Origin: Octopus vulgaris
Taxonomy: Eukaryota
DNA length: 64,000 bases
Direction of reading: 5' to 3'
Assembly: GCA_951406725.2 (NCBI GenBank)
Contig: OX597830.1
Coordinates: 29,264,001 to 29,328,000 of the forward strand
This document shows, piece by piece, positions 26,653-40,010 of this stretch. Numbering within the stretch: the stretch's first letter is position 1; the number at the start of each line of letters is the position of its first letter. The position numbers were made by a program, and so were the translations under genes. The notes under the pieces were generated by a model. That model had not been told where the DNA came from. It searched no databases and was given only the letters and a program-made list of their open reading frames with translations.

Positions 26653-27768
26653 GCCTATACATACATTCAAACGTGCATACATGTGTGTCTGTGTGAGTGT
26701 CTCTGTGTGTGTGTGAGTGTATCTAGAGCTGACATATACATATATTTATGTATGAACACTTTGACGCGATAAAAATTATTAAAGATCAGCTGCAGACATT
26801 ACAATATTGCAGCTTGAAAATAAAATTGAAAAGAAATAGCAGAACTATGGAAGGAAAGAATGAAAGCAGAAAATAAAGGGAATAATAAACGGATTAAATA
26901 GATTATACAGAGAAAAACAAACACAGAAACACAAACTTAGAGAAAGTAAGGATGTATAAAATAAACGAAGGTTTCTTGGAAGTAAGCAAAGAAAAGCAAA
27001 TTTTAGGAAAGTAATAAAATGAAATATAAAAAAAATTACAAAAATGAAGGAAAAATAATAAAATATATTAAGAGAGCAAAACACAAAATTCATCATTAAA
27101 AAAAATACAAAATCGATAAAAAGGTGAAAATATACACAGTAGCATATTCTGGAGTCCTCTCTATGTACTCATTCTTCTATCCATCTTGTATTTGCATATA
27201 TGCTTGTATATGCCTGTGTGTGTGTCTGTGCGTGTGGATGTGTATATATATAAAATGTACATATATATACACTCGCATACACACACGTGCCTACACGTGC
27301 GCATCCACACCCCGGCGCACACACAAAACAACAACACGTATATCCATACTTATCTCTATGTATCTATCTACATATATATGTTATAAAGCCGGAGTTACAG
27401 CAGTGCCCTAAGACAAGGTAACCGAGAAGAAACATTACGTAGATTTGCGAGAACAAAAAGTACGTCGGTATAGTAAATTTTAAAAGTCATTTTCAAATCA
27501 CGAGTCTTCTTCCCGACACACTGGTAGCAATGTAGCTACTGAGTTGCCTAGCGATATATAGGATCTGAACGCCGACAGCACACCCCATAAATTCTGCGCC
27601 TTATAAAAATTGATTAAAGTGATGCAAGTAATGTGTAACTGTAAGATCGCAGATTATTTGTAGATCAATTATTTCCACAACGCTACTTAATTCCAAATCC
27701 GAGATTTTTGTAAATACAAACATATGGACAAGTTTCTGTTTTCGAACTGGAGGAGACCACTCTCTCCG

Positions 27769-27819
27769 AATTTTGTACGTGATATCGTACAAAATATGTA
27801 CGATATCTCGTACAAATTT
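27769..27819. repeat. 51-bp near-perfect palindrome with nested sub-hairpins
   Basis: AATTTTGTACGTGATATCGTACA-aaata-TGTACGATATCTCGTACAAATTT: 23-bp stem, 2 mismatches. Confidence 0.9.
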
Positions 27820-27830
27820 TGTACGCATTT

Positions 27831-27873
<43 letters not shown>

Positions 27874-28627
27874 TGTGATCACGTGACCGACCAGACCATC
27901 ATATGTTGCTACACATCGCTGGTCACAATGCGCTTCGCATTGTTTTAGCCTCGTAGATATCTAACAGACATTGGCCTCGTCTCTGTTATATTATTCTACA
28001 CCAGCTAGGTTCATTATGAATTTTACAGACATAGGGTCGAAGATGTTAATTTTTAAACTTTTCTTTTCCTTCTTGTAGTTCCAATTTTTCCATTCATTTT
28101 CTTCGCGTTTTTCTCCCTGCTTGTTTTTCCTCATGTTTTCTCAGAGACCAGCGTCCTAGTTTACAAATAAGCCTGACGGTATGCATTGAATGATTGCTTA
28201 GGGGCTCATAGCGTGTTATATATAAATCTGCCAAATTGTTATATCGCTACAGCCGGAAACGATTAGTGGCCCATGTGTATATATTAAATGATATATACAC
28301 ATATTGTGAGAGCTTCTCTACAGTTGTTGCCTAAATATATTTCGCAGATGTTTTGATCAGCGCGAAACTGTTGCAAACATTATTATGTAACTTGGTCGAA
28401 CTAAGAACCAGTCTATGTGACGCATGCCTCATATATGTATGCGTTCGCCGAAATGATATACATATTCAGAAACACGAATATACACTCATAAAGACAGACG
28501 TATGTATATATTTTCTCTTTATTTGCGAAGCACTTTGATTCTGCCTAGATACCAAAGTTGCACGGTGAACAGTGCAGAAAAAAACTTATGTTCATATAGA
28601 TTTCTCGGTCTTGAATTACTTTTTGTG

Positions 28628-28794
28628 AAGTAGTATTAGTATTAGTAGTAGTGGTGGTGGTGGTGGTGGTATTAGTGGTGGTGGAGTTGGTGGCGGTGAG
28701 GTTATTATTATTATTATTGTTAGTAGTAGTAGTTGTAGTAGTAGTAGTAGTAGTAGTAGAAGTAGTAGAAGTATTAGTAGTAGAAGTAGTAGTA

Positions 28795-28838
<44 letters not shown>

Positions 28839-28890
28839 TGTAGTAGTAGTATTTGGAAGGGTATTAACCGTAATAGCAGTAGCAGTAATA
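28628..28890. repeat. Degenerate (TAG)n/(TGG)n/(TTA)n microsatellite
   Basis: Directly visible. Confidence 0.95.
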
Positions 28891-29406
28891 TGAATACGCT
28901 AAAGATATTAATACAAACGCACACATACATACACACACACAGAGACACACAAACAAACAAACACAGTCATATATATTCATATATGCAAATAGAAGAAGGA
29001 TAGAAGGATGGATAGATAGAGTGGACTGGAGTATATGCTATATATTTTCATCATTTTATAGATTTTTTAGTTGATGAATTTTGTGTTTTGCCCTCTTAAT
29101 GTTTTATAAGTTGTTTTATTTTTATTTTTATTTTACTGTAAAGAAAATCCAAAGCTAGTTTGACGATGTTGATTAAGGTAACTCAAAGCAGGTAACTCGA
29201 AAATTTACTTGTTAATGAAAGTAAGGCTTATTGCAATTGGAGAAACCGAAATTATCTATTGCATTATTACCTGGCTGGAGCAATTTCATAGCTCTCAGAG
29301 AGAAAAATTTGTGCCAGGGTACCAAGACGATGAATACCACTGTCTTTTGCGTTTCCTCTCTTTTTAACAGATACACACACACATACACACACGCACACAC
29401 ACACAA

Positions 29407-29437
<31 letters not shown>

Positions 29438-30418
29438 ATGGAAAGTGGAGTGGAGTGACATGCAAAACCTATTAGCAGAAAACGAGAATTAGAAATGGAC
29501 CACAACGTACCAACGATGAGGATTATAGTCAGCGTAGATTCAGCATGCTTAAATCTGTATCTCGCAGCGCGGGGAATTTTTCAAGTGGATGCGCCAGGGA
29601 AAGAAAATCATCAGTAATGGCATAAGCGTAGACATTTCAAAGAAAACCGTAAAACAAGTTTTTGCATAATGTACGTATGTGATGGAAAAATGAGGAAAAA
29701 AATACCACTGGACAAAATTATAGGACGAGACTTGACTTTCAATTTAGCACGGGAAAAGCATACAGAAAAGAAGGTAGCGCAAATTTAGGAGTAAAAATCT
29801 TAGGTATTTCGTAGCAGAAGTTAGATGTGAAAATAGGTAAGAAGTAGGGAAAATGAAAGGATGGAATTGCTACAACGAGAGAGGAAAGAGGAAAGAGAGA
29901 TGGATGATAAATTGAATAATATTTGCTACAAAAAATGTCCTAAAATAATAGCACGATGTTGTGAAGACAAGAAATGAATTATCACCTTCAAAGTTAGAGG
30001 CACAAGAATGATTTCTGCATTTGTTTTATGTTTTATAGAACTAACACTTTCAAACTCATTGGAAATATATTCTTTCTTTGTTACAGATGAAGGTGGAAAG
30101 ATCATATTCGTTTTGTTCTCCATTGTATTTCTCTCTTATATTTCTTTCGTAATTTTAAATGGTACATTAATGCCGTTTCTCTTTATTTTTTATAGTGAAA
30201 TATCGTATTAATCGGTCATTCATCTCCCTCATATTCATAATCATTAGTGATGTCCGGATAATAAAGGGTATACTTTCATTCGTATGGTTCAGATGACGAA
30301 CGATATTTTTTTGGCTGTTTTCTCCTTTCCTTGTTTGTTTTCACCTCATCTTATTTTTATGAATGTTTATATGTCTAGAATGTAGTCTGCGATCTTATGT
30401 ACACACATATTATGTATC

Positions 30419-30469
<51 letters not shown>

Positions 30470-30573
30470 GTCTCTCAACCATATATATGTGTGTTTGTGT
30501 CTATATATGTGTGTATACATATACATATAAATATATGTATGCATATACATATATATATATGTCTGTCTATCTA

Positions 30574-30642
<69 letters not shown>

Positions 30643-30664
30643 GTACATACAGAAAAACAGAACT

Positions 30665-30710
<46 letters not shown>

Positions 30711-31391
30711 TGATAGGAATATACAAACATTTATACCGTACCTAATAGATACGTACATGCATAGTTGTTGTGTTGTTAATAATACAATGTTATAATAATA
30801 GAATTTTGGAAAATATACACAAATAAAACAGATTAGGATCTAAAAAGTTATATTTATGCTTTGATCAAATAGCAAGAAGAAAATTATAAACCTAAAATTC
30901 TAAGTAATTATATTAAAATCACTCCCGCCGTCATACCTGTTAGTATAGCATTTTGTTTTCTCTCTTTGCATTCCCGTAAAGTTTTTTCTTCAGTTTCCAT
31001 ATACTCGAAATTTTCAATTATTTTTGCTATTGTTACTTTCTTACAAATGTATTTCATAATAAGAATTTTGTCATGGGAATATTTGTTTAAACCATATCCT
31101 CCACCTGCCTCTCGCCCCTTGCTTTCCTTTCCGATTTTACAATTACTCGAGATGGTATGTATATTGTCTGTAAGTAGATTTCATTAAAATAACCTACACA
31201 TATACACACAGAAATATGCACTCACACATACACAAACGAATGCGTATATACCAACACACCCCACAGGCATACACACAAATACACATAAGCTGAAAGACAG
31301 ATAGATTGATAGATATATAGATGTATACATGAGTTAAGAAAGTACATGTTTCCGCTGTTTCTTAGAGAAGGGGATAAATTCGAAGTCATCG

Positions 31392-31432
<41 letters not shown>

Positions 31433-31648
31433 CCTATCTATAATACCAAGTAACATCTGTCAGCAAACGTATACAAACATATACATACATACATACCGAC
31501 GCACACAGGGAGATAAATAGAAACATAGACACACACACATAGACACACAGACACACATACACAGATATACAAATACACAAATGGACAAATTTATGATTAC
31601 ACACAAAATACCGTAAACTCTCTGTCTGTCGCTCTATCTCTCTGTCAC

Positions 31649-31718
<70 letters not shown>

Positions 31719-32489
31719 TATACATATTCTGTTGTGTCTGGGGAGAGTCATTTCCTTTCTGTGCCCTATAATTTAACACACTCTCTGGTAGGATTTCCAC
31801 TTATATCTTATTTTTATTTCCCTAAAATTTTCGTTCCGTCTTGCAACCTTTTCAATAGTCATAACTCTGTCTGTTATTTACACTGCGTTCCTCTTTGTTT
31901 GTTTGTGCGCATGTGTTTGAGTCAGTCTGTGTGTGTGTGTATGTGTGCCTATGCATGCACGCATGTACGTATGTATGTATGAATGGATGTGCATCTCTAT
32001 ATATGTGGACCCGTGTCTCGATGTGTCCTTCTGTAGAGTAAAGTGTGTGTGTATATATGGTCATGTGTTTCATGTGCTTGTCTGTTCTTATAACCTATGC
32101 ACCTATCCATCTGTATGTTGATCTGTTTATTTTCATATCCATATTCTTACATACAAAAACAAAATATGTGCATACACACCCACTCACACCCACCCACACA
32201 CATACATCTATCTACATAACAGTCCACTAACTATTCTACTCTACCTGTGTAAACTGTGGGTATGGAGATATGAAATTCTTGAGTAAGAAATTTGATATCG
32301 AAAGGAGTACAGACTATTCCCTTAAATATATAATACTCCATCAACGTTTGGCAAAACTTGAAAAGCGACCAACTCAGCAGAACATCTGGCAAAATGAAAT
32401 ACCAATAAATTCTGAATATCGAGATGCAGTGCAGAGCCGTACATTTCACTGTCATATACATCATAAGTGGAGGCGCGGAGCTTCATGTT

Positions 32490-32630
32490 TAGAGTGTTGA
32501 ACAAGACACTTCATTTCATGTTCCTCCAGTTTACTCAACTGGCAACACTGAGTGACTCTGCAACAGACCAGCGTCCCGTGTAGTGGGGGGTATATATGCA
32601 CCTCCGAAAGAAGGGAGCCGGGCCTATGTG
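32490..32630 (+). mobile_element. SINE fragment: family D CORE-like body joined to tail 2
   Basis: AACAAGACACTTCATTTCATGTTCCTCCAGTTTACTCAACTGGC, then CTGCAACAGACCAGCGTCCCGTGTAG..GGGAGCCGGGCCTATG, similar to the tail of 40452-40570. Confidence 0.6.
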
Positions 32631-32783
32631 TCTATATCACACGGGAAGTATCTTTATCCTTTTTTATACATATTAGGACCATGCTAAAAGGAGGTTTTCA
32701 ACTACTATCTACAAACTACAGCATCATTGATCCGTTGATATACTGTACCTAATATAGAGAAAGATATTTATATAAATTATATA

Positions 32784-32949
32784 CAGGCGTAGGAGTGGCT
32801 GTGTGGTAAGTAGCTTGTTTACCAACCACATGATTCCGGGTTCAGTACCCTTGTGTGGCCACTTGGACAAGTGTCTTCTACTATAGCCTTGGGCCGATCA
32901 AAGCCTTTTGAGTGGATGTGGTAGACAGAAATTGAAAGAAGCTCGTCGC

Positions 32950-33005
<56 letters not shown>

Positions 33006-33228
33006 ATGTGTTTGAGTGTCTGTTTTTGCCCCCCCCCACGTCGCTTGACACCCAATGCTGGTGTGTTTACGTCCCCGTAACAGCAATTCGGCAAAAGAGA
33101 ACGATAGAATAAGTACTAGGTTTACAACGTCTAAGTCTTGGGCTTCATTTGCTCGACTAAAGGCGGTGCTTCAGCATGGCCGCAGTCAAATGACTGAAAG
33201 AAATGAAAGAATAAAAGAATAAAAGAAT
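32784..33228 (+). mobile_element. SINE family A, full length
   Basis: Consensus head, (TA)n(TG)n, 3' half and (AAAGAATA)n tail. Confidence 0.9.
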
Positions 33229-33280
33229 ATGCAACCTATAAACTAATAGAATTTTTAGCACAAAAGTTTGCCTAAATCTA

Positions 33281-33342
33281 CTGTAGTAACGTCCTACCCA
33301 GATACCAGCCTGGTAATCTACCTGGGTAGGAAGTTATTACAG
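33281..33342. repeat. 62-bp hairpin flanked by TA (mini-MITE or pre-miRNA-like)
   Basis: Arms CTGTAGTAACGTCCTACCCAG / CTGGGTAGGAAGTTATTACAG (19/21), inner TACCAG/CTGGTA, TA on both sides. Confidence 0.75.
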
Positions 33343-34172
33343 TAACGTAGTTACCATAGAAACGTCCTAAAGAGATACCAAAATTCAAAAATATTACAAA
33401 CATTGTACAGCATTTTATAAATTTAGTCTATGAAGTTTAATCGGTTGGCATAAAAAACTCGCTACATTGTACTTTTATGCGTTAGGTTGTCAGCCAAGAC
33501 ACGACATTCGCAAGACTCACCAGAACCGAAATGTAACTGGCGTTCTAGATATCCAGGATGGGACGATTTTCGATAGCCACAGCTATCTATGATGCTTATA
33601 TAAATAGCACACCTATAAGGTGTGTTATCTCTGAATGAGTACAAGAAAATCCAAATTTTAACCGATGGCTTCACATAAAGTCCTTTTATCAGATGGCTCT
33701 ATATGTGGATGTATCACTCGGTCCGAGTGTCTCTTACCTGTTCTCACTCACTCTCTCTCTCTCTCTCTCTCTCCGTATATATACATATCTATATGTATAT
33801 ATGCAAACACACACAAACACACACACTCACACACATATATGAATATATATATATATATATATAAGAAAATGTATGTGTGTGTATATATATGTGTATATAT
33901 ATATGTACATATATATGTATTTATATATATATATGTATTTACTTACTTAAAACAGGAAGATACGAATTTGTGCGATTCATTTAACACGACCTGTAGGTGA
34001 CTAAGAACATAGCAGAGAGGGTCGTAACAACGTGACAAATTTTCTTTTCTTTCCTTTCTTCTTTTTCATATAAACTTCGATTCACCGTTGCTCTAATTCA
34101 AAACCATTCCATATCCGTAAACGCTAGTCTGGCTCTTTCAGTGTGTACATTCACACTTGCATATATAGACAT

Positions 34173-34222
<50 letters not shown>

Positions 34223-34226
34223 ACAT

Positions 34227-34260
<34 letters not shown>

Positions 34261-34284
34261 ATATACATATATATACATATACAT

Positions 34285-34381
<97 letters not shown>

Positions 34382-34389
34382 CATATATT

Positions 34390-34590
34390 CGCCATGATAG
34401 ATCGCTAGCCAGTACACATGTTTTATTTTCTCTCCTTGTTTCGTTCTGTGTTCTTTCTGTGGAAGAGCGTAGGCTCGAAACGTTAAAGATTTTTTCACTT
34501 CCCGAAATTTATACTAATACATCTCTTTGTTATCTACGCCACCTGTCATCGTCTTTTGTTTTTTTTTTTTGTGTGAATTCTCCCCTATAT
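34390..34590 (+). mobile_element. About 200-bp repeat (Penelope pLTR-like) carrying a minimal hammerhead-ribozyme-like fold at 34452-34489
   Basis: TCTTT-CTGTGGA-A-GAGC gtag GCTC-GAAACGT-T-AAAGA. A second copy lies at 48168-48372 (-). Confidence 0.7.
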
Positions 34591-34599
34591 ATGCATATG

Positions 34600-34634
<35 letters not shown>

Positions 34635-34637
34635 ATG

Positions 34638-34683
<46 letters not shown>

Positions 34684-35639
34684 TATATATATATATGGAG
34701 AGTGATACAGATTGGGAGAGTGGCACATACGTAAGTATGCCTTTGGCACAACATATATTTTTATATAGGAGAGTTCGTATTCTATACTTTGAGATGAATA
34801 ACACACACACAAACTCCCACAAGCATACACGCACATAAATGCGCTCCCACAACACACACACTTCCACAACACACATACACTAACACAACACACACACACA
34901 CACACACACTCACGCAACACACACACTCACGCAACACACACACACGCATACATTTCCATGTGTGTATAGACAGATACCTGCCTCTCTGTCTTTTATCTGT
35001 CTCACATGCTCATGCCCCACTTACATCTCTCAATCAGTATAAACGGCTACATGTGTGCATTTCTCTGCGTGTGTATGTGTGTTTGTGTATGTGTGTTTCA
35101 GTGTGTGTGTGTGTGTGGATGGGTGCCTGTGTGTAATTTTCCTACTTTAGATGAAAATTATAGTCACCCACCGCCATCTCCTTATTCTCTCGATAAGCAT
35201 TTATGGTTAAAAACAGCTCGAGCAAAAATGATACGATTCATACTGTGATTCTCTACACATTTATAATCAAATAAATCTGATTTTCTGGATTAGTTAGTTT
35301 AATCAAAAATATCTTCTGAAAAACCAGAAGCAAGCAATGAACTTCTTCATCTCACAAAATTTTTACTATGCATTTGAAAAGCCCACAACTCAATTTTCTT
35401 CGCCCAAATTGCTAAGTAATGAAATAGAAATGAAGCAAAACTTTACTTTAAGCTATAATCTAAAACTCTATGCCGCAATATTACCGCTTCCGTCCGCATC
35501 TGATTTTTATCATTTGCATCTTTATTTCGCTGTTTATATTATTCATATAATCTAATCGCCGTTCTTAATCTAGAATATTTCAGAGTTGTAACGTATGAAT
35601 GTAGTGCATCGAATCTTTATGAGCTTCCAATGAAAGTAA

Positions 35640-35679
<40 letters not shown>

Positions 35680-35983
35680 TATATACATACATGCATATAT
35701 ACATATATATATACATATATAAACATGTATGCATGCATGTATATGTATGTGTTTATATATACACATATCTTTATGTATGTGCATATATATATATATATTA
35801 GGTATGTGTATATGCATATATATATATATATATATATGTATTTTGTATGTATATATAAAGAGAAGGCGAAAGAGAGAGAGGGTGATACATTTATAAATAT
35901 TTGTATAGTTATAAGTTAATATATATGCATTCATACGTATGTATATATGTATGTATATATATATGTATATATATCTATATCTA

Positions 35984-36014
<31 letters not shown>

Positions 36015-36032
36015 ATATTATATATATACATA

Positions 36033-36135
<103 letters not shown>

Positions 36136-36396
36136 ACTTTTAGAATTTCAGTGTAAAGTGAAGTATGTAGACTTACGAAACCGTGTGTGCGTGTTAATAG
36201 GTTTAATAAGATCGACATTACTACGTGTTTCAGAGACGTGCTTTTTGCGTCTGTAGAACTGGCAGTAATGTAAATCTACGTTTTACTGTTAATAGAAATA
36301 TTTAACTGTCACATCGTGTATTCAAAGCATCTTAGTTCTTATTTTTCCATCTATTAATATGTACAGAAATGTTACAAAAATATGTCATGCGTTATA

Positions 36397-37630
36397 TTAG
36401 GGTGTTCCGTAAAGAATGGCCGCTCTAAGTGTTGGGTTTTGAAACACAAATTTATCAAAGTATTTTAATTATATTTTAGGTGAATTTCGACATACTTAAT
36501 AATTGATGTATGCTCTTTAATAATTTTCTATTTATTTCAGAGGGAAAGGCTTCTTGAAACATAGGCATCCTTAATTATGAACATGACAAAAAAAGGACAT
36601 TCCCTTACTTTTCTTGCATGAGTTCAAGCTTGGGCACAATGCCTCACAAACTGCTACCAATATCAACGGAGCACAGTATGAAGGTGGTTTTAGAATTTCC
36701 GTAGTGGTGATGAGAGCCTTGAAGATGAAGAAGGTAGAAGACGGTCATGCAATCTTGACAATGAAATACTGAAAACAACTGTTGAATAAAACCCACATCA
36801 AAGTGTCATAGAAATGTCTCAGGCACTTTGCAACGGTCTCGCACAATCTGAAGAATATTTGTGAGGTGAAAAATCTCGATAAATGGGTACCGGATTAGTT
36901 CAATGAAAATCAAGGAGATCGGCGTTTTGAAGTGTGCTCGATACTCTTTCAGCAAAATACCAATGATCTTTTTTCTTGACCGAATAATCACTTTATGAAT
37001 AATCAATTTATGATAACTGTACACGATCAGGTCAATGGTTTGATCATGATGAGGCCCCCACCCAAAATTACCAAAGCCAAAGTTGCATCAGCAAAAGATT
37101 ATGGTGACTGTCTGGTGGTCTGCAATTGGTGTTGTCCATTACAGCTTTCTGGATGCCAATCAGAGCATTTCAGCAGAGGTTTGCTGCAACCAACTCGTTG
37201 AAGTGCATGCTCACTTGCAAAAAGTGGAACCTGCATTGGTTAATCGGCGTGTCCCAATTCTGCTCCACGATAATGCAAAGCTACATATTGCAAAAATGAC
37301 GCTGCAGAAACTCACAGACTTGGGATACAAGACTTAACCACAGCCTCCATATTTTCTTTATCTTTCACCCACTGATTAACATTTTTTAAAGTGTTTAAAC
37401 ACGTTTATAAGTGATAAAACTTCCAGGTCCGAACCAAAGGCGGAATCAGCTTGCAAAGGTTTCTTAGTATCAAAGTTAATAATCTCTTATAATGAGGCAT
37501 AAATAATCTCGTTAATCGATGGCACAGAGATATAGCGTTCACGGTTCATACTTTGAATAATTAACACATTATTGTTAATTTTTCCAGAATAAAATTGTTT
37601 CTGAAATCGGCCATATTTTCAGAACATATA
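36397..37630 (+). mobile_element. Near full-length dead mariner (Hsmar1/cecropia-like)
   Basis: LLFLHEFKLGHNASQTATNIN, WF*NFRSGDESLEDEE, DKWVPD*FNENQ..RRFEVCS, KIMVTVWWSAIG, ILLHDNAKLH, PPYFLYLSPTD*HFF. Degenerate TIRs TA|TTAGGGTGTTCCGTAAAGAATGGCCG and CGGCCATATTTTCAGAACA. Confidence 0.92.
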
Positions 37631-37631
37631 T

Positions 37632-37836
37632 ATACTCTTTTACCCTTTTACTTGTTTTGGTCATTTGACTGCAGCAATGCTGGAGCACCGCCTTTAGTCG
37701 AGCAAATCGACTCCAGGACTTATTCTATCGGTCTATTTTGCCGAACCGCTAAGTTACGGGGACGTAAACACACCAGCATCGGTTGTCAAACAATGTTCGG
37801 GGAGCAAACACACACATACACAAACACATCTATATG

Positions 37837-37881
<45 letters not shown>

Positions 37882-38118
37882 GGCGCAGGATTGGCTGAGT
37901 GGTAAGAAGTTTTCTTACCAACCACATGGGTCCGGGTTCAGTCCCACTGCGTGGCACCTACTATAGCCTCGAGCTAACCAAAGCCTTGTGAGTTTCCGTC
38001 TACCAAATCCACTCGCAAGGCTTTGGTTAGCTCGAGGCTATAGTAGAAGACACTTTCCCAAGGTGCCACGCAGTGGGACTGAACCCGGAAAACTTCTTAC
38101 CACACAGCCAATCCTGCG

Positions 38119-38122
<4 letters not shown>
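37632..38122 (-). mobile_element. SINE family A containing an inverted duplicate of its own head
   Basis: Minus-strand 3' half at 37632-37830, (TA)n, plus-strand head at 37880-37993, minus-strand head at 37994-38122. Confidence 0.9.
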
Positions 38123-38199
<77 letters not shown>

Positions 38200-38202
<3 letters not shown>

Positions 38203-38470
38203 ATTATATAAAGGCAGATTTTATCTGCCTCCCTTTGTCTCTTATAGAAATCTACAATATAGGATTTCTTCAATTACAATTTACCTAGCATTTTTAAGAG
38301 TAGAATAAATCGGGTCGTGCCAGGTCCAGTTTTTAAAATTTGAACCACAATTAAGCAAAATTTAGAGAAAACTCACATTCTCGTGTGTTAGTCAAGTGCT
38401 TTTCTTAGTGTGGGCTATAGCACACGCACACACACACACACAAAAAGGGAGCGATCTGCTTCACTGATGC
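38200..38470. mobile_element. Possible Helitron/Helentron-related non-autonomous fragment
   Basis: Starts TTATTATATAAAG with hairpin AGGCAGAT-ttt-ATCTGCCT. Inverted CTCCCTTT / AAAGGGAG pair and internal (CA)n. No clear 3' CTAG. Confidence 0.3.
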
Positions 38471-38499
38471 TATCACCCTAATATCTCCTCCTGTCTCTT

Positions 38500-39186
38500 T
38501 GCAAGTGTGCAACGATTAAAGTGAAAACAGTGAATCCGAGAGCTCCGACAGCGATAAAGAAAATGAATTGGCACCTGAATGGAGTGAAAATTTAAAAACT
38601 GTTTCTTTCGGTGATTTTTCTGAAGAAACTGGACCAAGCCACAGACTTTCCCAGAAGAGTAAAGCCTTAGACTATTTCTTTTACTTTTTCGAATGAAGCC
38701 CATTTGAAATCATTACGGCGGAAACGAACTGTTACGCTAAACGTAAACAAAGCGAAAGAAAGGATAGTTTGTTATTTCCCACAACGTTAAATGAAATTAA
38801 GGCCTATTTTGCCATAAATATTATTATGGGTATCAGAAAGTTACCCAGAATAACAAATTCTATCGTAAAATTTTGTTGTACACCCAATCGAATATTAGCT
38901 AATAACCCATTTTCTATAGTGATGTTTGAACAAAATTTTAATAATTTTATATATTGTTGAATTTACCTGTATATACCTGCAATTAGAGTCACTTTGTGAC
39001 AAAAATTATAGTATAGAATTGGTTGAGAACATTTCATTAAATTATCTTCCAAAATTCATGTTAATATATTGATAAATAAAAAAGTTATAGTTGTTTAATG
39101 AAACCAGACTAAATTTATGATTACGTTAGAAATTAATTGAAACACATAAGGGGTGTATTTTGGTCAGAAATATAGTAACGAAAGGG
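38500..39186 (+). mobile_element. piggyBac relic: N-terminal transposase fragment plus 3' terminus
   Basis: SESESSDSDKENELAPEWSENL..FSEETGP..KALDYFFLLF / FEIITAETNCYAKRKQ..PTTLNEIKAYFAINIIMGIRKLP matches the piggyBac transposase N-terminal pattern. Ends ..GTAACGAAAGGG|TTAA (39187-39190). Confidence 0.85.
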
Positions 39187-39297
39187 TTAAGAAAACCAAA
39201 AAATATTTTATTCTTTATAAATGTTGTGTTCAAAATAACATTTTCTTTTAAGAATGTGTATATAACAAAGTATGTGTATATAACTACGTGGCTTATA

Positions 39298-39695
39298 TCT
39301 TTATATATAAAAGTGAAGTTGTGTGTCTGTCTCCTACGATTTAGATTCGTAACTACTCGCACATTTTGCGGTGCAGTTTAACAAAAAGCGGGTATCTTAA
39401 ATTCGTGAGTCATATCGAGCCCTACAGGGTATTAGCGCGCGTCTACGATGAGTCTACGATTTAAAAAAAAATTACCATCATATTTTTCCATTTTAATGCA
39501 TTTTTTTCGCTATTATATAAGGGAAGTAACTCTCTAAAAATATCTACGATATGTCAACGATTTTTAAAAAATGTTACCTTAATTTTTTTTCCATTTTTAA
39601 TGCATTTTTTTGCTATTTTTTGGCTATAACTCTCTAAAAATGCTTATATAGTTATTTCCCTTACAAACCCGAGCAACGCCGGGTGATACTGCTAG
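39298..39695 (+). mobile_element. Complete non-autonomous Helitron
   Basis: A|TCTTTATATATAAAAG 5' end, 3' hairpin CCCGAGCAACGCCGGG followed by CTAG|T, no TSD, and an internal tandem duplication of about 100 bp (39442-39640). Confidence 0.88.
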
Positions 39696-39975
39696 TATAT
39701 ATATAAAATCCCGTGACATTGTTAGCACTCCTCTATCCAGTATAGAACTATGCTTTGCATCAATTTCGTGATAGGGTAGTGTATGTAACACGACACAAAT
39801 AACTGAAGTAATAATAATTAGGAATAATTATGCAGAATATGGCTTAGTAAATGATTTATGGATTAGGCACGTATGTACTCAAAATGCCGTAATAAGTACG
39901 TAACACATGTAAAAGCATTATGCAATCTTTCACGTTACCTCGCCAGTGTCTCTCACTTAGTACAATATGTGTATA

Positions 39976-40010
<35 letters not shown>

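Noticed and set aside
30087-30161. Possible 75-bp exon encoding hydrophobic EGGKIIFVLFSIVFLSYISFVILN
   Set aside because: Good acceptor but weak donor. T-rich DNA yields hydrophobic frames by chance, and phase 1-1 does not fit between the other candidates.
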